DNA of 64,000 nucleotides from Spirochaetota bacterium (GTDB lineage: Bacteria > Spirochaetota > UBA4802 > UBA5550), in the NCBI GenBank assembly GCA_963663865.1, contig OY760686.1, positions 2,624,001 to 2,688,000 of the forward strand, given 5' to 3'. The notes below the pieces were generated by a model. That model searched no databases and had not been told where the DNA came from. It was given only the letters and a program-made list of their open reading frames with translations. Both the position numbers and the translations under genes were made by a program. Below, piece by piece: positions 29,624-39,713 of this stretch. Numbering within the stretch: position 1 is the stretch's first letter; every line of letters starts with the position of its first letter.

Positions 29624-29708
29624 TTAAACGCGTGTCGCACAACACAGCGTCGAAAGAAAACCCCGTGCGCTCCGCACAAAAAGGAGCCATGTTTCGTTAT
29701 TCCATCTT

Positions 29709-29750
29709 TTATAGTCCAATATCGTTCGTTTATGGTCCTATATCGTTCGT
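29709..29750. repeat. Tandem 21-bp direct repeat (2 copies, 19/21 identical)
   Basis: TTATAGTCCAATATCGTTCGT / TTATGGTCCTATATCGTTCGT. Confidence 0.6.
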
Positions 29751-29974
29751 TCGTGAATTATTTTTTTTGCTCGTGAATATTATTCGATTATTTATCTTCC
29801 CAAACGTTATAATAATAAATGCCTTTTTGATTCCATTGATATGTGTTTTTACAAACACCAAGCTTATATTTTTAAGTAGTCCTGCTATTATCAATTGACA
29901 TGATCACAAGGGTATCTAATATAATGCTTTCAACAAATCAACTGGATAAAAAAACCACAGGAGTTCACAACGGC

Positions 29975-30613
29975 ATGAAAAGAATGACAAAGATTCTCAC
30001 TGTACTGACTGCCCTTTCACTCAGCTTTAGCGCCTGCGAAAGCGACAGCGGGATGTCAGAAGATGAAGTGATCACTAAAGCACTTGAGCCGTTATCAAAC
30101 AGCCTGATGTACGCAGTTGAAACCTCAATAATGCAGAAAAAATCTACTACCCTCGATTATTCAGGTACTGTGATCATGGATTACAGCGAAGCCGGTTTTA
30201 CAACCGAGGGAAGTATTACTTATTCAGTGTACTTAGAATATGGCGACACCTCATATGATATTCATAGCTCCGACATTGAACTCTTCTCAAACTACACATC
30301 AAATTACAACAATTATCAAAACGGCGGATTAACCGTAGACGGCATTATTACTGTATCATATGAGATGATGGGAAGCGCGAATTATCAAAGTACCAATCCA
30401 ATATCAGATGCCTCGGGAACTACTACCCTGACTCTGAACGGTTCGCTGCTCGTAACAGGAGATGAGACTGCAACTATTGCCTTCAACGACTTCACTTTCA
30501 ATATCACTATTAATAACAACTCTGAAAATGCTGAAACCTCCGGCTCAGTCTTGTATAATGGGGAGTTGATAAATACCGATGATATCCAGATTGGAGATAC
30601 CGAATCTGAATAA
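29975..30613 (+). CDS. Hypothetical lipoprotein (acidic, Ser/Thr/Asn-rich, beta-rich)
   Basis: MKRMTKILTVLTALSLSFSAC lipobox; AGGAG upstream of ATG 29975. Confidence 0.75.
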   Translation: MKRMTKILTVLTALSLSFSACESDSGMSEDEVITKALEPLSNSLMYAVETSIMQKKSTTLDYSGTVIMDYSEAGFTTEGSITYSVYLEYGDTSYDIHSSDIELFSNYTSNYNNYQNGGLTVDGIITVSYEMMGSANYQSTNPISDASGTTTLTLNGSLLVTGDETATIAFNDFTFNITINNNSENAETSGSVLYNGELINTDDIQIGDTESE

Positions 30614-30695
30614 AAACAAGAAAAAGTAGTATTTTTCGATTATAACAAACAGTTAAAATTTATACACAATAAACGACAAATTCTTCCACGCACAA

Positions 30696-30720
30696 CAAAA
30701 CCCGCATTGAGCGGGTTTTG
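30696..30720. terminator. Bidirectional intrinsic terminator
   Basis: CAAAACCCGC-attga-GCGGGTTTTG between convergent genes. Confidence 0.75.
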
Positions 30721-30764
30721 CTATGCCATATTTCAGTTTTTAGAGATAAATTATCTCTTATAAT

Positions 30765-32752
30765 TTATTTCTTCAGGTACTCCCTTATTCTTGCAGCTAC
30801 AGCTTCCGATGTCATTCCAAGATGCCCGGCAAGGACCTCTGCCGGAGCTGATATTCCGTAGTCATCAACAGTTATAAACAACGCGCGGCATCCCGCATAA
30901 CGCTCCCAGCCTGTTCTGCACCCTGCCTCAACAACAGCGACAGGCACATCCTCAGGAATAACCGATGAGCGGTAGGCCTCATCCTGTTTATCGAAGATAT
31001 ACCATGATGGAAACGAAACAACCCTTGCTTTGATGCCCTGACCAGCAAGTATTTCGGACGCTTCCATTGAGACATGGACCTCCGAGCCGCTGGCAAGTAT
31101 CGTTATATCGGGATTGCCTTCAGTATCATGGATGACGTAGGCCCCCTTTTCAAGGTCTTTCGCGCTGCTGTTTTTGCGGTCTATGGATGGAACATCCTGT
31201 CTGGTAAGGATGAGCATTGTCGGTCCGTCTGTCCTTTTCAGCGCGGATATCCACGCTTCAACCGTTTCTGACGCGTCAGCCGGGCGGATAACATTCAGAT
31301 TCGGAATAACGCGGGCCGCAGAAAGATGCTCCACCGGCTGATGCGTGGGCCCATCTTCCCCTACGTAAAACGAGTCGTGAGAAAAAACATAGATAGACTG
31401 CAAGTGGCTTAACGCCGCCATTCTCACGGCCGGCCTCATGTAGTCCATGAACACAAAGAATGTGGCGCTGAATGGAATAAAGCCGCCGTAACAGGCTATT
31501 CCGTTCTGTATGGCGCCCATGGCATGTTCCCTCACACCGAAATGGATATTGCGGCCGAGAGTGTTGCGCCCGGACTCTGAGTATCCCGCTATAAAGGTCT
31601 TGTTGCTCGGACCCAGGTCAGCGATCCGCCGATGAAGTGAGGCAGCTTTTCAAACAGAACCTCCATAACCTTCCCGCTCGCGGTCCTTGTCGCAATTTTG
31701 CCTCCGGCTTTAAACTCGGGCATCGCACCGCGCAGTGACTCAGCATCAAGTGCGGAAAAGCAGCTATCCCACTTCCTTTTGATATCGCCCTTTACTTTCC
31801 CTTCAAAAAGCTTCTTCCAGGAATCATAGCAGGCCTTCTGCTCCTGTTTTACTGAGCTGAATATTTCGTATACTCTTTCAGGCACATTGAAGCAGACATC
31901 ACCGTCACAGCCGATGCTCTCCTTAGCACATTTCACCTCGTCTTCTCCGAGAGGAGCGCCGTGGCAGGCCTCGCTGCACTGCTTGTTCGGGCTGCCCTTT
32001 CCTATCATGGTTCGCGCGATAATCAGGGACGGTCTGTCTTTGACAGCTTTTGCCTCGTTCAGAGCTTTTTCAATCTCATCAAAGTTATGTCCGTCAATCT
32101 CAAGGACATGCCAGTTATACGATTCAAACTGAGTACGCACGCTGTGTGACATCGACATATCCGTGCTGCCCTCAATCGTTATGCTGTTTGAATCGTATAT
32201 GTAAATGATATTACCGAGGCCCCAGTGCCCTGCCAATGCCGCGGCCTCGGAGGTAATTCCTTCCATAATACACCCGTCGCCGGCAATGGAGTATATATAG
32301 TGATCGATAATAGGCTCTCCATCGCCGTTAAACTCATCGGCCAGCATTTTGGATGCAAGCGCCATGCCGATGCCGTTGGCGAATCCCTGCCCCAGCGGCC
32401 CTGTTGTGGTTTCAATTCCGAGCCTGACATTGAATTCAGGATGTCCGGGAGTTTTGCTTCCCAACTGTCTGAATTTTTTAATATCTTCTATAGAATAGTC
32501 ATATCCGGAGAAGTGAAGCATTGAATAGAGGAGCATGGTGCCGTGGCCGGCTGAGAGGATAAAACGGTCCCGGTTCATCCACTCCGGATCGTCGGGATTA
32601 TATCTCATGACCTTTGTCCAGAGTACGGCGGCTATATCAGCGCATCCCATCGGCATTCCGGGGTGGCCCGACTTCGCCTTTTCAATGGCATCCATGGACA
32701 GCGTACGGACAGTATCGGCTACAATTTTCAAATCACTATTGCTTATTGACAT
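30765..32752 (-). pseudogene. tkt: Transketolase split by a single-base frameshift near 31622 (pseudogene or sequencing error)
   Basis: N-part has SGHPG, RDRFILSAGH and GDGCIMEG; C-part has REHAM and GEDGPTHQP. Restoring one base gives the conserved GGSADLGPSN motif. Confidence 0.85.
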
Positions 32753-33033
32753 CACGTGCTCCAATAAAATGTATTGCTGCCTGATCCATTGAATAATTAA
32801 CCGCAACCATTGCCATAATTGATTTGATTTCAGACAAACAAGGGTGAGTCCACAATTGTAAAGGCACTGTATTTTTCAATATTAATTCCGTATCAAGGCC
32901 TAAAAGTTATAATAATACTGTCAAGCCCCCAGCGTAAACAGCCGAACTCCTTGCCGTCAGCCCGTTTCCTGCGGGTAAAATGATAAAAAACCGACCAGAA
33001 AGGTTAATCAGGAAACTAAACTTAAGCGTGTGG

Positions 33034-33648
33034 TCACAGAATGACATCAGCAATATATTCAGCCATCGATTCCGAGACTTTTTTTACATTCGCGACTATG
33101 TTTCCGTGGTCTGTGTCTTCGATAGTATCGCTGACCACCTTTACAAGCCGGGCCTCTTTTCCGTAGAGCACCGCTGCCAGCACAGCCCCATAGCCCTCCA
33201 TATCAACGATATCCGCTGATGAGGAGATTGCCTCCCGCCTCTCAGGCGTAACAGCTGGAACATCGACGGTTGCAAGAACAATCCCGGTGACCGTACTTTC
33301 TGAAGATAACAGGATCGCCCTTTCCCTGCCGCTGACCAGTGAAGGGCTGTCATAGTCGATCACCTTTAAAGGCTCGAAGATATCGCCAAGACTGTATTTT
33401 TTTTTAAGTGCTCCCGCTGCGCCCGCGTTCACAATGCGTCTTACGCCTGGGATTGAGGCAAGATATCCGGCGGCAATGGCGGATGGAGCTTTCCCTATTC
33501 CGGAGACTGCCGCAAGCACTGGGACATCATTACGTCCGTATATTTTAAACGGCTTCTCTTCACGAAGCTCAAGACGCATCTTCGATATGAAAGGTTTGGC
33601 CTCCATTAAAGTTGCGAACACAAAAGCGTCAATATCCCCCCGCTTCAT
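33034..33648 (-). CDS. Nucleoside phosphorylase/MTAN-fold protein, probable futalosine hydrolase (MqnB-like)
   Basis: SGIGK, VNAGAAG, VDMEG and VVSD motifs; translationally coupled to mqnD. Confidence 0.65.
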   Translation of the reverse strand: MKRGDIDAFVFATLMEAKPFISKMRLELREEKPFKIYGRNDVPVLAAVSGIGKAPSAIAAGYLASIPGVRRIVNAGAAGALKKKYSLGDIFEPLKVIDYDSPSLVSGRERAILLSSESTVTGIVLATVDVPAVTPERREAISSSADIVDMEGYGAVLAAVLYGKEARLVKVVSDTIEDTDHGNIVANVKKVSESMAEYIADVIL

Positions 33649-34436
33649 AACAGTCCCCTTTCATTTGCCATACCTCTGAGAACCTCGACGGCTCTCTTCC
33701 CCTCGTCCCCAATGCCGACCGTATATCCGTTAACGTAGAGAGCAATGTGTGCTTCAACTACCGCTTTCTCCATTTCCGAAGCGTGTTCATGAACAAAGCC
33801 CGCGGAAGCTTCAGGATTGCTGAGCGCGTATTCAACGGAGTCTCTGACCGCCACCTCCGCCAATTCAGCTGCAGCTGCGCCCATTGACCTCCTGGCGGCT
33901 ATACAGCCCAGAGGTATGGGAAGTCCGGTCAGGCTTTCCCACCATTCACCAAGGTCAGCCTCGCAGGAGAGGCCGTATCGTTCGTATACGAAACGGCCCT
34001 CGTGAATTATTACTCCCGCCGAGTAGAGGCCGTCCCTGATTCCAGGCATAATCTGATCATATGGCACATTAACAGCCTTGAAGGGCTCCCTCATCCAGAG
34101 GCTAAGTAAAAGAGCCGCCGTCGTATGCGCGCCGGGAACGGCAATTGTACCCGCCCTGAAACCGCGGGGACCTGTAACCACAAGGGGCCCGCATCCCCTG
34201 CCGAGAGCGGCCCCGGCATTCAACATGGCATATTTTTTTTCAAGTTTGAACAGTGCTGGGAATGAAAGCTTGGTAATGTCGTTAAGACCGTCGAAGGCCT
34301 CACTGTTCAAGGTGTCTATTCCGGCTATTCTCAGCTTTAGTTTGACATCCGGTAGGGATACCAGGCCTGCAGCTAACGCGTGAAATATAAACGTGTCATT
34401 TGGACACGGAGAAAATGCGAGTTTTAATGTTTTCAA
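33645..34436 (-). CDS. mqnD: 1,4-dihydroxy-6-naphthoate synthase
   Basis: FSPCPNDTFIF, GAALGRGCGP, IIHEGRF, LPIPLG and HIALYVN motifs. Confidence 0.93.
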   Translation of the reverse strand: MKTLKLAFSPCPNDTFIFHALAAGLVSLPDVKLKLRIAGIDTLNSEAFDGLNDITKLSFPALFKLEKKYAMLNAGAALGRGCGPLVVTGPRGFRAGTIAVPGAHTTAALLLSLWMREPFKAVNVPYDQIMPGIRDGLYSAGVIIHEGRFVYERYGLSCEADLGEWWESLTGLPIPLGCIAARRSMGAAAAELAEVAVRDSVEYALSNPEASAGFVHEHASEMEKAVVEAHIALYVNGYTVGIGDEGKRAVEVLRGMANERGLL

Positions 34437-34837
34437 GAGGCCTCCTTTTATTTCAAAAGACTGTACATAATTTGATATCTTAGTCAGATTAAAAATAAAT
34501 TATTATACCAGTGCAGCTTCAACAACATCTTGTGCCGAATTGATATTATCATTACCACTGTTTCTGATCAACATGCGATCATAACTAACCAGGTTTTTCA
34601 TTACTACTCAATGTGTTTCGACTTTAATCTGATGATGCACACTTGCAACAATTATATAAATATCATAAGTGCACATTTACTGGCATCAGAAAATGATTAT
34701 AAATAAAACACATCCCTTTGCAGCAATTCGTTAGACCAGCTCTTTTTTTTAAAATATATATCGTACGAGATTTTGTTATACTTCTCGAAAAACGCCTTTA
34801 TCAGCGGCAAATGATATTATTTTAAACGGAGGATGAA

Positions 34838-36532
34838 ATGTTGAAAAAAATCACATTTTCTTTACTGGGAGTTATCTTTCTTTTTTCCGCGATTGGATGT
34901 TCCGATGACGACAAAGATCCGCTTGCCGATCAGCCCTCAGATCCTGTTTTCAGGAAAACGCTTTTTGGTATCGTACAGGGTTATGAGGATACTGAAAAGT
35001 CAGCATATGTGTGGAAGGGAGTCCCCTATGCCAAATCACCTGATGGCGACTTAAGATGGAAAGAACCCCAGGAAACAGAAAGCTGGGAAGGTAATCTTGA
35101 TGCTACTGACGATGGAACGTTAGCGGTTCAGCTTTCCAATGGAGAAATCATCGGAAGTGAAGACTGTCTGAACATGGACATATATCGTCCGGTTACCGCG
35201 GATAAGGGGCTGCCTGTTTTGGTCTACATACACGGCGGCAACAATCAGACCGGCAAATCAGGGGAAATACCCGGTTTCGCGATGGCAAATGAAGCAAACT
35301 GTGTTTACATCTCTCTAAACTACAGGCTTGGGGTCCTTGGCTTTAACTGTCTACCTGCGCTGAAAAACGGCAACAAATATGAAAATTCAGGCAACTTCGC
35401 TCTTCTTGACATGGCTTTCGCTCTGGACTGGATCAAGGATAACGTAAAAGCGTTTGGTGGAAATCCCGACAACATTACTATCAGCGGTTTTTCAGCAGGC
35501 GGACGTGACGTCATGGCGATGCTGACATCTCCGTTATTTTCAAAGAAATTTCATAAAGCCATCGCCTTCAGCGGCGGCATGACAATAGCCGACGAAGGTT
35601 TAAGTATCAAAGTTTACGCACAGAAACTTGCACCTCTTGTTGTGGAGGATGGAATTAAAGGTACTGAAGATGAGGCATACTCCTGGCTCATTTCTGACAA
35701 TTCCGAAGTGCGGGACTGGCTGTATAGCGTCAGCGCTGACAGACTGGCACGTCTGATGCCCAATGCTTCAATAAGAATGAGCGCCTTCCCTCACCTGTTC
35801 AACGATGGTGAAGTTATTCCTAAAGAGGCTTTTGACACGACAGATTTCAACAGCGTGCCGCTGATGATGGTTACTGGATCATGTGAGTTCTCCCTGTTCA
35901 GCCGATTTTCGCCATTTTTTATGGGTAAGGATCTAACAGCAGACCCCGGATTGTCTGAATTAAATTTTGTTTATAATTACGGCGGGAAGCTCTATGAACT
36001 ATTTAATGCAGAAGAATCGGCTCAGAGACTAAGTGCAGAATACGAAAACAGCATTTACACTACAACTATCACATTCGGAGACAACCCGGCAGTAACCCCT
36101 GGCATGATGATAAAAGCATTTCATGGGGTTTTCGTTCCAATGATTGATCCGTATAGCACGAACTATTCGTATTTCACAGGAGATTCATTCAATACAACCG
36201 GGGCAAAACAGATGTCTTCTTCGTTCCGAAGTTACATCAAGAACTTCATCTGGAACGGTAATCCTAATGGAAACGGTCTTGTCACATGGGATGAATGGAC
36301 TTCTGATTCAAACTCAAATAATACACTTATAATCAATGCGGACAGCGACAGTCAAATAATTGAGATGGCTAATCGCAGAATTGATTATGACGAGGTATTG
36401 AGCGAAATGGATGCTGACACAACAATTAGTGAAGCCTCAAAGGATACGATTGTATCCGAAGTCATGAACGGCAGATGGTTCAGCGAAAAACTGGACGCTC
36501 ACTACGAAAATACCAGCCTCTGGCCGAATTAA
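34838..36532 (+). CDS. Type-B carboxylesterase family lipoprotein
   Basis: Lipobox FSAIGC; GVPYA, SEDCLN, HGG, NYRLG, FGGNPDNITISGFSAGG (nucleophile GxSxG) and GNPN motifs. Confidence 0.9.
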   Translation: MLKKITFSLLGVIFLFSAIGCSDDDKDPLADQPSDPVFRKTLFGIVQGYEDTEKSAYVWKGVPYAKSPDGDLRWKEPQETESWEGNLDATDDGTLAVQLSNGEIIGSEDCLNMDIYRPVTADKGLPVLVYIHGGNNQTGKSGEIPGFAMANEANCVYISLNYRLGVLGFNCLPALKNGNKYENSGNFALLDMAFALDWIKDNVKAFGGNPDNITISGFSAGGRDVMAMLTSPLFSKKFHKAIAFSGGMTIADEGLSIKVYAQKLAPLVVEDGIKGTEDEAYSWLISDNSEVRDWLYSVSADRLARLMPNASIRMSAFPHLFNDGEVIPKEAFDTTDFNSVPLMMVTGSCEFSLFSRFSPFFMGKDLTADPGLSELNFVYNYGGKLYELFNAEESAQRLSAEYENSIYTTTITFGDNPAVTPGMMIKAFHGVFVPMIDPYSTNYSYFTGDSFNTTGAKQMSSSFRSYIKNFIWNGNPNGNGLVTWDEWTSDSNSNNTLIINADSDSQIIEMANRRIDYDEVLSEMDADTTISEASKDTIVSEVMNGRWFSEKLDAHYENTSLWPN

Positions 36533-36554
36533 CATTATTGTCATTTTATACATA

Positions 36555-36593
36555 TTCATAAGACGGGAACATTGACCGTTCCCGTCTTATGAA
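36555..36593 (+). terminator. Long stem-loop after the esterase gene (terminator or processing hairpin)
   Basis: TTCATAAGACGGGAAC-attgacc-GTTCCCGTCTTATGAA, a 16-bp perfect stem. Confidence 0.65.
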
Positions 36594-36665
36594 CAATTTT
36601 TCCTTGACCGCCTGCATTTTCAAATCTAATATAATATCATTATTAATAATTAATATGAGATACCA

Positions 36666-37838
36666 ATGAAAATATTACGCAATGCTTTTCTGTTTTTTTT
36701 CATAATTGCGATTTCAACCATATCGATTTATTACATTTACAAACATTATTCCATCAAGCATAGCACCATAAACAAGAAGATTCGCATTGCTGTTCTGAAT
36801 GATGTTTACTATACCAATAAAACAAGCAATGAAATTACTAATTCATTTTTTAAAATGTCAAATGATATCATTTCCTATGCAGCTAAAAGTCTCGAATGTG
36901 AAGTCGGCTTTTTCATTGTTCCTCCGGGCAAATCTGATATAGAAGAACAACTAACAAAAATCGTTAATGATTTTAGCCCTGATGGAATACTCATCGTCGG
37001 CGGAAGTATTTCAAGCAGCAAGATACTCGACGTTGCTGAAAAAATCAGAATTCCCGTTGTTTCATACAACACAAAGTTATATACAAATTCCAGCAATGAA
37101 TACCTACCCGGCATCAGTCACAAGTTCTGGATAGCACAAATAACACCCGATGATTTCCAGGCGGGCAAACTCCTTGCTGATGAGCTAATCACGAGAACTG
37201 AATCAGCGGGTGTTAGCCGTGTGAATCTGATAGCCTTTTCCGGCAGCTCAAGGGATAACGCATCCAAAGACAGACTTAGAGGGCTCCATAAATCACTGTC
37301 AGAACACAGCAAGTCGAATCTTTTACAAGTCTTTACCACAGAGTTTTACAACTACAATACCACTCGGGATAAATTTCATACAATCGTTAGAGAAAGGTTC
37401 CCCGATGTCAACACTGTATGGTGCGCAAATGATGTTATTGCTTCTGCTGTAGTTGATGAATGTATTTCACTTGGATTGATACCGGGAAAGGATATTCACA
37501 TCGGAGGAATTGACTGGCAAGCATGCGGACTAAACAATATAAAAAAAGGTCACATGGAACTGAGTGTTGGAGAGCACTTCATGGAAGGAGCCTGGGGGTT
37601 AATTATGCTTTTTGACTACCTCAACGGCAATATGCATGTACTAAAAGAAAGAAGCAGAAAATCAGAGAATTTCATCATCGCTGACAAAGGTAATATCAAC
37701 AAAGTTGTTAAATATATCGACAACCTTCTTTCTGACGGTTTCTCGTACCGACCTTTCTCTATGACATATAACTCATCTCAACAAAAATACCATTTCAGCA
37801 TAAAATCTGATTTATCAGATCACAATTTTACTCCATGA
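36666..37838 (+). CDS. Type-1 periplasmic binding protein (sugar-binding/LacI-like fold), N-terminally membrane anchored
   Basis: PDDFQAGKLLA, RLRGL, WCANDVIA, GGIDW and GEHFMEGAWGLIMLFDY motifs. Confidence 0.8.
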   Translation: MKILRNAFLFFFIIAISTISIYYIYKHYSIKHSTINKKIRIAVLNDVYYTNKTSNEITNSFFKMSNDIISYAAKSLECEVGFFIVPPGKSDIEEQLTKIVNDFSPDGILIVGGSISSSKILDVAEKIRIPVVSYNTKLYTNSSNEYLPGISHKFWIAQITPDDFQAGKLLADELITRTESAGVSRVNLIAFSGSSRDNASKDRLRGLHKSLSEHSKSNLLQVFTTEFYNYNTTRDKFHTIVRERFPDVNTVWCANDVIASAVVDECISLGLIPGKDIHIGGIDWQACGLNNIKKGHMELSVGEHFMEGAWGLIMLFDYLNGNMHVLKERSRKSENFIIADKGNINKVVKYIDNLLSDGFSYRPFSMTYNSSQQKYHFSIKSDLSDHNFTP

Positions 37839-37859
37839 GGAATCATTGAGGATATCTAT

Positions 37860-39011
37860 TTGAACGTAAATATTAAGTTGTCAGTAAAGCATATTATTAT
37901 TTTAACTTTTTTTATCATCGCCGGTGTTACTTTTATTGTTTCTCTACACAACTTCAATAAGGATTCAAGAAAGCTCAAGGCCATGGGAGAAAATATCGCC
38001 TCAACTATTCTCTCGAATGCTGGAGATGGAATATTTGAAAACCCGGGTTTGTTAAAAGAACAGCTTGAAGTTTACAAAACAATTCCGAATATAATCCGCT
38101 TATCTGTCAGAGATAATGCCGGTCATTCACTGGCAGAAATTAAAGGAAATAGTGACTTCATTAACAGCGCTTCACTTGAAAAAAAAATATACTTATCTGG
38201 CAAAACAATAGGGTCCCTGTATATACTCCTTGGAGATACAGATTTATATAAAAAATATTATTCGAATTTCATGATAATGCATGAGATTGAAACTGAATAC
38301 CTCTGGGATTACAGCAAAAAAAACATCACTAAATCGCTACAATCATTTCTAAATAACAAAATGCTTCAAAATGTTGAAATCACCCTCCCTTCCAGCAATA
38401 GCTATGTCCAACTTAGTAATAAATCAAATGACGAGTATATCCTGCATCTTGAAAAGCCGATGGAAAAAAATGGTATTGTTTTAGGTACACTTAAGGCAGA
38501 TTATTCAAATCTCGAAAAAAAGCACACTTTTTATCTGACAATCATAAGCGCGGTAACCGCAATCATCTTCCTGTTGATTTTTATTATTATGTTGTATAAA
38601 AAACACAAATTAGATATTTCAAATATTATACTTAAAACAAATAACATCAGCAAAAGCAACCTTTCAGATGCAACAATAGAAAAAATCCAAAAGGCAATTC
38701 TCTATATTGAACAAAACTATAGACAGGACATCTCACGAGAAGGCCTGGCAAGATATGTAAGTTTGAACGTTGATAATTTCGGGCGTTATTTTAAGCAGTA
38801 CACCAACATCAGGATTAATGATTTCATCAATGAGCTGAGAATTAAAGAAGCAACCCATTTAATCGAATCAACAGATAGGAAAATTATTGATATAGCCTAT
38901 TCCGTCGGCTTCGAGAACATTGGTTCTTTCAATAGAGTTTTTTTGAAAATTAATAAATTTCCTCCGCGAAACTTAAGAAACAGGACCCACTCATGCAATA
39001 ACCGCGTATGA
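37860..39011 (+). CDS. Membrane-anchored AraC-family transcriptional regulator (2 TM, periplasmic domain, C-terminal HTH)
   Basis: TM near the N-terminus and at about aa 225-247; YIEQNY..ISRE.LA, RYFKQ and IIDIAYSVGFE..SFNRVF AraC signature. Confidence 0.85.
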   Translation: MNVNIKLSVKHIIILTFFIIAGVTFIVSLHNFNKDSRKLKAMGENIASTILSNAGDGIFENPGLLKEQLEVYKTIPNIIRLSVRDNAGHSLAEIKGNSDFINSASLEKKIYLSGKTIGSLYILLGDTDLYKKYYSNFMIMHEIETEYLWDYSKKNITKSLQSFLNNKMLQNVEITLPSSNSYVQLSNKSNDEYILHLEKPMEKNGIVLGTLKADYSNLEKKHTFYLTIISAVTAIIFLLIFIIMLYKKHKLDISNIILKTNNISKSNLSDATIEKIQKAILYIEQNYRQDISREGLARYVSLNVDNFGRYFKQYTNIRINDFINELRIKEATHLIESTDRKIIDIAYSVGFENIGSFNRVFLKINKFPPRNLRNRTHSCNNRV

Positions 39012-39175
39012 ATAACTCGGCTACAACTTTGCCTCTACCCAATATTGTTCAAAAATAGGTTGACAACGTAAAAGATTTTTTAGTATTTTCTAAATAACTT
39101 CAGTAACATTTTTGTTGCTGTCGAATCTGATAAACAAAAGGTAAGCAGTGTTTTTACTGTAAAGAGAAGGTTTAA

Positions 39176-39700
39176 ATGTTAAAAAAATTATCAGTTATCA
39201 CTCTGACCGCGGCGGCCCTTTTGGTGCTTTCCTGCGGAAGTAAGCCGTCAAACGGCATATGGTACAGCTTCAAAGACGGTTTCAGGAAGGCTATTACCGA
39301 AAACAAAATCATGATGATTGACTTTTTCTCTGAAACCTGCCAGTACTGCAAGGTAATGGATTATGAGTCATTTTCTGATGACGGCATACTAAAAATTCTT
39401 GATGAAAGCTATGTTCCAGTCAGGGTTGATGTAGGAGATATGAACGCTGAGCCGGTAATAATAGCAGGTGAATACATGAGGCCTTTTCAGCTTGGCGAGT
39501 ATCTCGGCGTAAAGGGACTGCCATCTCTTGCTTTCATAGACAGCAACGGAAAGTTTCTTACTATGCTTCCGGGATATATTCCAGCTGAAACACTTAAAGG
39601 TATGCTGGGTTACATCGCGGATGGATGTCTTAGTTCGAAGGTACCTCTTGAGGATTACCTCAATGGAAGCGCCTCCTGCTCCAACAAAAAAGATATTTAA
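39176..39700 (+). CDS. Thioredoxin-fold lipoprotein (SoxW-like), CQYC
   Basis: Lipobox LLVLSC; MIDFFSETCQYCKVMD, GLPS cis-Pro loop and LPGY motifs. Confidence 0.85.
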   Translation: MLKKLSVITLTAAALLVLSCGSKPSNGIWYSFKDGFRKAITENKIMMIDFFSETCQYCKVMDYESFSDDGILKILDESYVPVRVDVGDMNAEPVIIAGEYMRPFQLGEYLGVKGLPSLAFIDSNGKFLTMLPGYIPAETLKGMLGYIADGCLSSKVPLEDYLNGSASCSNKKDI

Positions 39701-39713
39701 CACAAAGGTAAAC

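Noticed and set aside
29272-29898. ORF-track ORFs 29272-29679, 29406-29690 and 29467-29898
   Set aside because: They overlap repeat copy B, lack SDs and have no protein-like motifs; likely spurious.
31589-31640. Programmed ribosomal frameshift in tkt
   Set aside because: No slippery sequence or stimulatory structure; a simple deletion explains it.
34437-34837. Mobile-element ends around the AT-rich islet
   Set aside because: No integrase, transposase, att-like repeats or terminal inverted repeats were visible.
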